NCBI GenBank assembly: GCA_051362555.1
Contig: CM120640.1
Location: forward strand, 47,284,788 to 47,348,787
Length of the DNA: 64,000 bases
Direction: 5' to 3'
DNA from: Lingula anatina
Taxonomy: Eukaryota; Animalia; Brachiopoda
Part shown: positions 13,101-25,100 of the stretch, in pieces
Layout: each line of letters starts with the position of its first letter
Numbering within the stretch: the stretch's first letter is position 1
Made by a program: the position numbers and the translations under genes
Notes under the pieces: model-generated
Seen by the model: only the letters and a program-made list of their open reading frames with translations
Database searches by the model: none
What the model was told of the DNA's origin: nothing

Positions 13101-16100
13101 GTCTGTCGTCGCCGTCGTCGCCGTCCTGCACTTTTACCGATAACACGATAAGTGGAAAACCGTTTTTGCTTTTGGCTTGAAACTTACAGAACTGATGAAT
13201 ATTCATAATATGCAGGTCAAGTTCGAAAATCAGCATGATCGGGTCATTTTTAGGGAAGTTACGCTGTTTTTTCCCTTTTTTCAGCATATATGCAACACCG
13301 ATAGCACGATAAGTGGAAAAACGTTTTACCTTTTGGCTTGAAACTTATGAAACTGATGAATATTCATAATACGCAGGTCAAGTTCGAAAATCAGCATGAT
13401 CGGGTCATTTTTAGGGAATTTATGCTGTTTTTTCACTTTTTTCAGCATTTTTGCAACACTGATAACACGATAAGTGAAATACCGTTTTACCCTTTGGCTT
13501 GAAACTTACAGAACTGATGAATATTCATAATACGCAGGTCAAGTTCGAAAATCAGCACGATTGGGTCACTCATAGGGTAATTATGCTGTTTTTTCACTTT
13601 TTTCAGTATATATGCAACACTGATAACACAATATAAGAAAAACAGATTGGCCAATTGTCATTATACTCACAGGAGGAGCCAATCTTACTAAAACGCAGGT
13701 TGAGTTTGAAAATCAGCATAATCAGTCCATTATTTTAGAAGTTATACTGTTTTTTCACATTTCCTCACATTCAATTCTTAGGCATGTTAACAGTCTCATT
13801 ATTGAACTAATAAGATACGTAAATGTGTTTGTTTGGCATTTCCTGCATCTTTACAACATTGTTAGTTGATTTTGTAAAAATGATGGTAAACTTGTTATCT
13901 GGTATTGTGTAATAAAGTGTCAAAAATGGAAATAAACTCATATCATTGCAGTTTGTCAGATGCATTCATCCACTATGTTCAGAATCTCAGAATGGAGGAA
14001 GTTGGACATTTAACACTGTTCTATTGATACTTTTCCCATCTCATCAATTTTCTTCATTGTTCATATAAAAATGGCAGTAAACTGTTTATTTTGTTTTATG
14101 TTAAAAAGTGTTAAAAATGGAAATAAACCCATTTCAGAACAGTGCTGTCTTGTTTACATTTTGGCATTTTCAATATGTGACTTTGAAGTTCCATGGGCCT
14201 GAAGACTTTTGCTAGTCACATTTTCTGAATAACCATGATACGAATATTTTATAATTAAAAATTGATGGTCATTATGCTGTAAAACATTATGTAATATTGC
14301 ATCAAAATTTGAAGAAACCCCTATTTTGGGCACTACTCCCATGATGACCATTTAAGGAAAATCATGTCACTTACTGTTCTCAAACTTACAGGAAAGAAAC
14401 ATGGGACTAAAATACAGCTTTAGTAGGCAATGCAGTCTGTTTGGTAAATTTTTCTGGTAGTTAAACAGTTTTTTGTGAAAATTTAATTTTTCACATATTG
14501 GCATTTCCAAGGTGTGACTTAGAACCTCCACGGGCTTGAAGGCCCAAGCTAGTCACATTTTCTGAAAATCCATGACACTTATATTTTATTATTTAAAATC
14601 GATGGTCATTATGCTGTTAAGCATTATGTAATGTTGCATCAAAATAGAAGAAAACACAATTTTTGGTGCTGCTGCCTTGATGACCATTATGGGAAAACCG
14701 TGTTACTTATGACCGTCAAACTTTAAAAAAAGAAACACAGGACTAAAATGCAGCCTGAGTTAGAAAAGCAGTCTAATTGGCTTCTTTTTCTGGAAGTTAT
14801 ACATTTTAGTGTAATATTCATTTCTTTTTAGCATATTCAATGTGGGACTCGGAGCTCTCATGGACATGAAGCCAAATGGTAATCATATTTTCTACATGTC
14901 CATCCTATTTATAGTCAATAAACAAAAATTGGTGATAATTATTCTCTAATTTATTATGTAATGTTACATCAAAATTGACAACAACTGCTACTGCAAACAT
15001 TATGAAAAGAAAACTGTCCTCATTATTATAATTTAAACTTACAAGTACGATTTTTAGGATTGGCCTTCAGCTCATATGAGAAAACCAGCTCTATTGGATT
15101 ATCATTTTTATTGTATTTATGCATTTCTTGTGAAATTTTCATTTTTCTCATTCTGGCACTTTCTAAGTATAAACTTGAACTCTGATGGGCCTGAAGCCTT
15201 ATGCTTTTACTTTCGTCTGTGTTACCTGTTAGTTGATGTTGACTGTGCAGTTAAACATAATGTATTATTGCATCAGGATTGGTAGTCTCCTATTTTGGGC
15301 ATTATGGTTTTGTGCTTTTCTTAAGGTGTGACTTATGGGCCTGAAGACCTTTGAGTGGGTCAGTCTGTAAATTACCCTTGGGTATCACTAGATTAATTTC
15401 AGAGTTATAAAGTCATTTGCCTTAATAGGCCATTAAATGAGATTACGTAAAGCACACTTGTTGATATTTCCCTGTAAACTCCCAAAGGCAAAGCTCTCTG
15501 CTAGATTAATAATAAGGAAGCAGTGATAATTATGCAGGTAAATTTTGTTTAATATTGCAAATAAGTTTTAAATAAATATATATATATATATCAAACTGGA
15601 AGATTAAAAGTTTGAATAGCATCTTCATTGGAATAATATTTACCTCAAGCTCTGCCAAGGAGGTTACATTTTCACCCCTGTTTGTCTGTCATCCACATAA
15701 CACAAAAAGTTATGGACCGATTTTGCAGGAATTTTCAGGAACTGTCGGAAGTTGGCCAAAGAGGACAATGATTAATTTTTGGTGGTGGTCCAGATCAATA
15801 ATCAAACAATTATCAATAATAATCAACAATTGCTGCCTTGGCAGAGGTCTGCACTCTCAAAGTGCTTTTCTAGTTTTGTTGTTTTCCTTTATAATTTTTT
15901 CTCAAACACTTGCATTTGTGACTTTTAACTCTCATCTGCCTGGGGCTCTGCACATTTTCTGTATTTCTACATAAGCAGTTGTGTTGTTTTTTATGTCTTT
16001 AAACATTATGTAATATTATTTTATGCACTGTCATCATTTTTCAAATATTGAGACTTTCATAATGTGAATTTGAACTCTCATGGTCCTGAAACTGTAATCT

Positions 16101-19100
16101 TATTGAAGGGGTGGATTGAGACCATCTTCTGGGTCTTCCGGAAGACAGTCAGGTTATTAAGTTTATATTGACTGGTATCTATTTTTTTCTGTTGGAAGAC
16201 CATCAAAATGGAGGATGGATCAACATAGATACTTTGTAATACTGTCAGAAAATATCTCTGGGTCCGCTCCTGTTATTGACCATGTTACCTGTTGTGCAAG
16301 ATTAAAATTCAGTGTTGACTGACAGTGCTATTATAAGCATTATTTATTATTGCATCAAAATTGACAAAATGACCTTTTTTGCATCTTTATTTTCTGTTTT
16401 TTGTCTGTACATTTGACAGCTTTGCTGCCTTGTTTATAAATTGAGCCAATTTGGTATAATGCTTTTCTAAAAGATGTCTGTTTTTTGCAAGGAAAAGTGA
16501 TACAACAAAAGTCTTCCCCACATTGATTTTCCCTTTGTTATCTGGGCATTATTATCTCACTTCAGAATGGTCCTTAAGTTTAAGCAGTAAAAGTCCGCTT
16601 TTATCCAGAGTCCACTGTAGAATATTGTCCATGTAAATATGAGGAGAATGCCTGTTAATTAGCAGCATTGAAGAGATATTGATCAGAAATAGAAGAATTC
16701 TGTTTGCCATCTCTCAAGAAAGTAAACAAAATGTTGAGATGTTAAAAGAAAAATGAGTCAACACCATTCCCTTTTCCATAGTCTCCTAAGGGTGAGAGGT
16801 AAACTTTGGGTCTAATCGATTTTAGTTGTTACGTCAACACTCTCAAAGCCAACCCAACACCTAACTGTCTGATGGTGGGATTAAAACTTAGATGTGATTG
16901 CTTGTTTATTTCTGATATTATATACAGTATATGTTGGACCATAACTTTTTCAAACTTTTCAAAAGCCCTAGGTGCGAATTAAGTGTCAGCTCAGAATTTT
17001 CAAAGGGTTATGGTGCTAGTTTAAGTGTGGAGTGTTTAATATATCTTACAGTGTTTATGTGCCAAGCCTCCTGTATACACTAGTTCTGTGTATTATGGGG
17101 GTGGGTCCCACTTCTCTGGTAATTCTGCTGTATATATCACCATCAAGGAGAGAGTTCTCACTCTATGTATGTCCTCATTAATGGGATACCTGCAGGGTTT
17201 GACAGAGTTTGTATGAAATGAAAAAACAGTGGGAGAAGTGGGCCTGTAATAGTAAAATTAGTAATTTAGGAGAAAGATGTGAGACAGTGAGCAGTGAGAT
17301 TAGAAGAAAAAACTAAAAGACATAGGAGGCAAAATATGCAGCAAGGTTTTGATTTGCCAAATTTCTCAAAATCTTACACAAAAAATCAGATTCCTTGAAA
17401 TATAGAGCCTTAAGAGATTTAGTAAATCTGCAGTTGTAGCATATAAAAGACCAACACGGGTAAGTTTTATCAAGTACTAGCCTGCCAAGGGTAGATACAG
17501 CCTTCCATCCGGGCTAGCTGACAGTTAAAAGTGATTCAAAAATTGAAATCACCTTTTTAACTTTATTTAGAGTGTCTCTCAAGAGATCTCTGACCAGTTT
17601 AAGAAGACCTTTAGGGTGGATCCAGCCTTACTGGTCTGTCTCCATATTTCAGGCTGGCACTCTTCTGATGTCTCAGAACAAATTGCTTTAAATCCACTCT
17701 GCAAAGGGATTGATGTTTAAGCTTGTCACAGACAGTAGACTATAATGAAAATGTGAAGCCTGGGGAATCATGTTGTAATTTGTGGATTATTAAGAAGTTA
17801 ACATTGACGTGAAATTAGAGGGTTGCTGGCCAGGTCCTATACAGGTTGACAAGGGCAGCATTGTCCTGTCAGGGTACTTAAAAGGGATGTCCATATGCTG
17901 TCACCCACCATACTGTGAAGAACAAGGTGACATCTTTCTGCTGTCATTGAGAGTTAGTGACAGTTTTCTCTTTTTGATGACTTTATCCACCTAGATTTAA
18001 AGTGAGATCATGCTGTTGTTGGAACGCAACTAATATGTAAGGGGGGACATTTTTTTCATGTGCTGTGATTAAAAAGATGCCTCCAGCTAGTGAAATAGTT
18101 TCATGTGCTGAAAAAGGAGAAAAATTTGTAACATTCTAGTACTCTAATAATGGAACACTTAGTTGAAAACACATCTCTTTATCACTGCTGTACAAACTGA
18201 CAAGAAAAATAGTTTGTTTACCAGAAGGTAAATATAGCTTTTTTCTTGCTTTGACAAATGAGGAAGGTAATTTCCGGTATGTAAGAAATGAGAATTGAAA
18301 AAAAGTCCATGCTTTGAAAAGTGAGAAGAACACGTCTTGCATTCATGCTGTAAAAGATAGCAATAAAATATTCTTTTTGCTGACTGTGAAAATTGAGAAT
18401 GAAAAAAATCTCTTTCCTTGTTTTGAAATATGAGCAGAAAATGATCTTTTCATTCATGTGCTCCCAAGTACCAAACACTCATGCCCGTGCTATCTCTCTA
18501 TTATTCCACTTTATTGTATCACATCATGCAAGCTCTCCACCATGTTCTAAGCTTCACATTTTATTCCTTTTTATGTCACATTTGCCACTCAGTTTGTGCC
18601 ATCAATGTTATCTTGATGCCCTAAATTACTGGGCCCTGAGTCATACACTCTACTATAGGAACCAGGGGGTTATGTCAGCATTTCTCTCCCTGTCTGGTCT
18701 GGTCTGGGGATTTATGAATGAATTGGAATAACTTCATAGATAGACTGAAGTATTGTAATGTGTTACAGAGCCAAGTAAAGAGAGGAAGCTTGACATTGAA
18801 GGAATTTAGAAATTGAAGGTTGCTGAGTCACATATATCTTTTTTCCCTACATTTTAAATGGGTTACATTTAGCCATGTGTGATATTAATTATGGGGGATA
18901 ACTGTTTTCTTTCATTTAAATAAATTGCATTTAATTTTCTGACTTAAATTAAGAATAATTTCAATATTCTTGTGTCTTTTACACAAGGAAAATGAATCCT
19001 GACTGAGCAAAAGAAAATTAATGTGTCAAATAATCATACGTGATAACAGAACCTACTATTTTCATGAGTCTCATTAGTCTGCTTAGCAGCAGTATCAGAC

Positions 19101-22100
19101 AGAGGTTGTTAAGAAGATAGTGTGTATCTCTTATTATCTCTAAACCCTGTGTTAAGTGTGTGTCAAGCATCCACAGCCTTGGTATTAGAATATTGCGTGC
19201 GGGCATTTCTTATTATCTGGACACTAAGAGCAGCTATTATATCACCCATTATCACTGATATTGGCTGTTTTAGAATAATGTATGTGGTAATTGACATCCA
19301 TTAAAGGAAAATGAAGACGCATGTGCAGTGTTCATGTCATGCATGTCACGATTAACATGCAAGAGACTTTAATTAAGATCTGGGTGTGAGAAATACATGT
19401 TAATTCCAATGCGAGTAAAAGGCTAAACATATCTGTTTAAATTTAAGCATTCTAAAATTGATGCCTTAGACTGTGCATTAAATAAACCTTCTTGATATTC
19501 AGATTCCCATATTGTTTCTTAGGCACATGTTTTTCAAAATGTCAAGTGTTGACAATCATTGCCTTTGCCACTCTGGCTCATGTGCGTTTTATTGAGATTT
19601 CTGTTTTTTAATGGTGCATTATGGCATTATTAGCATACTTCTAATGGCCTCCAGTAATTCAGTTTTAATTACCTAAATGCTATTCATAGGTAGTATTTCA
19701 CTGGATTATGGCACAAGCAATGATGGTTAGCTTTTCGATTTAATGTTTTAGGCATTGAAGCTGATCAATAAAGTCATGAATGCAATCATGAGATCAAACA
19801 CACTTTGAAGTACATTTTGATATATAATGTTATTTATGAATTTTTTTATTTGGTTATATTTTTTAAATTTCACATGATTTCATAATTAAGTAAAAGAGAA
19901 ATCTTGACTTTTTTATAACCAAATTATTGAGCTCCGAGCAGAATATGAAGTATTAAAAGATAATCTTTTTTATTTCTAGCTGAAAGTGATTTGAAAACGG
20001 TGAATGGAATAATCGAACATTTTCATCTCCACAATGGCTACGACTGTGACCTATTTGTCCGGGATACAAGGCCAGCATGCATTCGTAACTTATATGATAG
20101 TGCTAACCTCAACCCCGAGATCACCATTCGTAAGCTGGACCATGTGCGTCAAGATGGGAAGACTGCACGAGGATTGTTCTTCCTCTCTCCTGTGTTCACC
20201 AAGGAGGACTACCCTCAGAGAGATCCTCATATTGACTTGGAGGAACTTAAGGTAGAGCTATCATACCCAGCACATGGAGTTTATTACACCCAACACACTT
20301 TGTTATCACACCCACCACATTGAATCATCACACACCCCACTTTGAATTATCACACCTGGTACATTGTATTATTCCACCTGATTCACTCAAACAAATGCTT
20401 TGGCACCACAACCAGGTTTAAAACCTGTTATACCTCTACGTTTCATTTACTGTCATATTGTAATGGTAAAGGGTTTAAGGCTGGTACACACTTTCCAACA
20501 CAGTGACTACTTCTTCACTAGGGTGGTTTCTATATTTTCTGCTCTTGAAATTGATGTTAGTTAGGTATTACCCAAGAGAAGTAACACTCTGGTTTTGATA
20601 GTTGAAAGGACTTGAAGAACATATTGTCACACAGTGCTTACTTAAAAGTGTAGTTTTAATTCAGAACTGTACATAGTGTTAAAAAGTGAATGTAGTTTTA
20701 ACACAGAATGTAAATAGTAACTAACAGAAGAGTATTTTGTTTATTAGCTATGCACAGCAGTATATGTATTCTTTCTTGTACTTTTTGCCCTACTTGTTAA
20801 CCAGTGTAGTATTGCTCTGTTTCTAGCCTCCTAAGCACAAGTTCCACAAAGTCACCAGAAAGTTACTGCGGCTGCGCAACAATCGTCCCAAGTCAATGGA
20901 AGTTATGGACGCTTTGGACTACCAGCCTCTCACTGATGAAATCCCTCTCCCTACTCCAGAAGAGGCGCTGAGGCGAATGTGCAAGTCACAGCCTTCACTC
21001 TGCATTGTCGAAGTTGACACTGCAGGGACAAGCTTCAATCGCATGTGTGCTTTCAGGCAGTCTCTGCACCATATAGACTTTGAGAGCCTTGACACAGAGG
21101 CAACTGTAGAACAGTTTGATCCTGATGTCAAACCTATGGAACAGAAACGTAAGAGAAGACAGACTCTAACGGGAATTCCAGGACATATTGCCAAAGAACT
21201 TAGTCTCTTCAGAACAAAGAATCATGAAAAACTGAGGAACAATGCTCGTGACAGACCAAAGACAACTGACTTTGAAACTCATCGTCATCTGCACCAAAGC
21301 CCATGGATATTCCTTGAAGCTGAGACTGCAGAATTTGTTGGTGCAGTGGATCGGCGTTTCAGGTTGAGAAGACATGATAATGCATTATATGCCTCTATAA
21401 GACGTTGCAACTCTCTGCCTCGGATGTCAAGGAAAAAGGCAGTTGCTCCAGAGGAGAAACCTCCATATAAGGTTGCCATGCCACTTGTGCGAACACTGTC
21501 TGACAGTAGACTGAACGTTAAAAAGACAAAAGCTGAACACAGCAGTTTTTCCTCGCTCACGAGGTCTGTCTCATTTGCAGGCCGTGGAAAAGCATGGCTT
21601 GCTTCCTCAAGAGTCCGTCCCAAATCAGAAGAAGTCCTGGATGAACTTGACCCTATTCGTAGCCCAGAACCAAGTGACCTTGACATGAGGACAATGTCAA
21701 GTGTGGGATCTGGGTCAAAATCAACAGAAGATCTCAAGTGCTCCTTGCAGAGTTTGGCTGCAGTGTACAGTAGGCGTGGTTACCCCATGCCCCCAGCAGA
21801 GAGCCTGGCATCTGTGCAGCTTAGGGAGAACAGAAATAAGAAGAACAAAGAGGACCGACAGTCTTCATCAGGTGGGTATCAGTCAGCTGTAACAGCTGCA
21901 CCAGGAAGTTTTTGACCATGGACTTATACTGTTATACAGCTAAGTCCCTTAAGAACATAGTAGTAGTTTTACATTAATAAGTTGAACTTAAAGTTGAAGT
22001 GAAGAGCAAAAAAGAACTGTTGAACTACCATGCAATCATCCCCAATACATACATACATAGATAAATATTTCTCAGTGGATTGGATATTGGTCATTACATT

Positions 22101-25100
22101 GTTTGCTTAGCAGGTGGAACGATTTATTATTCATATTACTGTTATGTATGTCACTACTGCTGTAGCAGATTTTATATGAAATTTGTACATGGTAAGCTTA
22201 AATGCTGAAAATGCCTCTCATAGTTAAGCTGATAATTATGACCACCAGACAATACCTGAACCACTTCAATGTTTCATTGCAATGGGCAGAAATGACATTA
22301 AGGTTCTATAATGAAAATGTTGTCAGCGTAAACAGTTGAGTGAAAATCTCCCATAAATACAGGGTATGTTAGTATAATTATTATTTTGCTTTAGAATGCT
22401 GTTTACATGTTATTAAAGGCAAAGACCTGCAGCCCTCAATATCAGGTCCAATGTGATCAGTGTTAACAACTAGTAATGTTTGTTAACTGGTTATTGATGA
22501 TGCATTATGCAAACTTTTAATGGTAGTTTTGGCTGATCAGTCTGGTAACTTACCCAGGTGCAAATGCCATAAAGTTGTAACATGTTGTAACCTATAGGCT
22601 GTTAAGCTTGATTTCTTTCTAATTACTTGTCACTGAAATAGTGCTGTGACCCAACATTATCCTGTGAAGCACAATATTTGTTTCTAAATTTTAAAATTCC
22701 TTTAAAAAAGATAGCTATTTTATATATATACCTAATCAAATGTTTCCTGATACCAACTTTAAGTTAGAGTGACATAAGGAAAGTTCACTTTTGGTTTGGA
22801 AGATGTACACTTAAAGGTGTGCCATGCGGTAGTTAATGACTGCCTGTATTAGGCAGTAGGAATGACAACAGACCTTTAACAGATGGTGCACATAGTTTAT
22901 GGTCTTCTCTCTTCTCGCCAAATGACATTATGTGATTTTATTTTGACAGTGACAAATCTAACTAGATGCAGTTGCTCAGTTTTGCTCAGTATGTTTTAGG
23001 TTCTGGGGAAATATAGTTCCATGACTGGGGCTTATTAATGTATGAGGGAGCTTGTGTGTTGTGCTTGCCCTGGCTTGGTTACAGGTCAATTGTTGCAGTA
23101 CCAGTTTTGGATTTGACAAATTTTATTGAACTAAATAGTACTGTGATTATTTGATTGAATGAGTACTATTTTTGTACATGAATACATCCAAACCTTGTGT
23201 AAGTTTATATCTCATTTCAAATTTTTTTATTTCTAGGTAACTGGAGTGGTAGCAGTAACAGTGCCCGCCATTCCCTGGACTCAGACTATGCTAGGCCCTT
23301 CCACCACAGTACTGAGAGAGATTCCGCTGTGTCACTGACTGTGGACCATCTTCCCACAGCACAAGAAACTGACGGGTGAGTGGTGAGAGCAGAAAAAAAA
23401 CCATTGTTACATGTATTTGATTATATAAAGTCTGCCTGAAAGACGTAACCACATTAACATAAGCTAATGGTAAACTGAATGGGAAGAAAATATCAGATAA
23501 GAAGGATATTATTTGTTTTTAATTTTATTTATTCATGACCATTAATTAATTCATTTATTTATGAATAATTTCAAGAAGTCTTTAAGCTACTTAAGATGTC
23601 GCATTTAGTATTTAAAAACTATGGACTGAATGGTTTAATGATGTTTTGCTTTCTTTTACAGAGAGGAAAAAGCAGCAGAGGAAGAAGAAAAAGAGGAAAA
23701 GCGAAAACAAGAAGAAGAGAACTCAAATCAGTGTACAACAGACAATACACCTGAAGTACTTGTTACTCCAGCAGAGGAAATACCTAAACCAAGCACTGAT
23801 GAAAACAATGAGAATGAGGAAAATATTGTTAAACCAGAGGACGAAAACGATGGTTCAGACTTCACCTATATGGACACAGATGCTTGGCTTGCTAGTCTGG
23901 AGAGAAAGAAATCCAAAATGAAAAGTGAACCAAACTCTCCATTCAAACCAACAGTAGCAGCAGCAGACTCTGCTGAGCTAAAACCAGATGAAAAGGGTTA
24001 TGTACATCCTGACTATCGTCGATTGATGCAGCCAGACTTTCGCCGCCTGTCTCAGGCCAGCACTGGGTCTTCACTGAGCTCTGACCCCAGGAGGTTATCC
24101 TACACTGATTCCTCATCTGTAAGCTCAGAGGGACTCAGTATTTCGCAGCTGACTAGAGAAAATGTTAACATGCACGATGCATTGGACAACGTACTAGAAA
24201 ACCTAGGTACAAACTTCGACGATGAGTTGGGATCAGTGCACTCTATGGATGATGATGGTTTTTACACGTCTTTCCACACAGACTGTGGGCTCACTAGAAG
24301 CCTCAGTTCCTACTTAAACAACTCAAAGTTTGAATCTCTCATAGATGAAGAGGACCTTTCTGAAAAACAGAGGAAAGAATTGAACAGACTGTCTACTTAC
24401 AGCAACTGGAGTATCACAAGTTTTAGAAGTATTGACAGTGTGATTTATGTACCTCCTCCTGCTGAGAAACAAATCGAATCAGCAGATAAGAAAGGTAGCA
24501 TTAGCACAAAAGAAGCCATAGAAAAAGTGGCCATGTGGCAAAAGGCACATGCTTCTCCAGTTCCAACCCCTCCTGTTGAAGATGATGGTGGTGATCTAAA
24601 TAGAAAAGAACCTGTACAACAGCAACCTAAGCAGCAAAAGAAAACGCCACCACCTCCGCCAACAAGAACCACAACTTTACAGACTCAGAAACCAGATAAA
24701 ATGGATCCTCCTTATCTACCCAAGTCACACATTCCACACAGTGCCTCAGAACCTGTCATGCTCAACCCTGACCTCCATCCAAATGCATTACCAGTCCAGC
24801 GCCAAGTTTCCTTGGATAACACAGACTCTGAAAAGAGGCGAGCCAGCCTTCAGAGCACTACCAGCAATGCCAGTGGCGCCACCACAACAAGTCGTGTGGA
24901 GGCAAAGCTGAGAGAGGTCAAGGATAAAATTGCTGATCTTGTCAGTGGTAATAAGAAGGAAACTTCTGCCAAGATGATCAACTCTATGAGATTGACAGCA
25001 GACAGTGAGACTGACTCCAGTGAGGGTGACCCTGCAGATGTCCAGGACTTCGACAAATCCATGAAGCTAGGAGAGGTGGACACTTATGTCAAGTTTGATG

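Noticed and set aside
13137-13760. Regular repeats as a CRISPR array or coding repeat
   Set aside because: Contiguous 161-bp units without unique spacers, in a eukaryotic intron, with no cas genes and no sustained ORF.
1676-19304. Dozens of 60-140 aa ORFs in NHS intron 1
   Set aside because: Low-complexity F/L/I/K-rich translations with no recognisable domains or consistent splice phases, as expected by chance in AT-rich DNA. Alternative first exons cannot be excluded but none could be supported.
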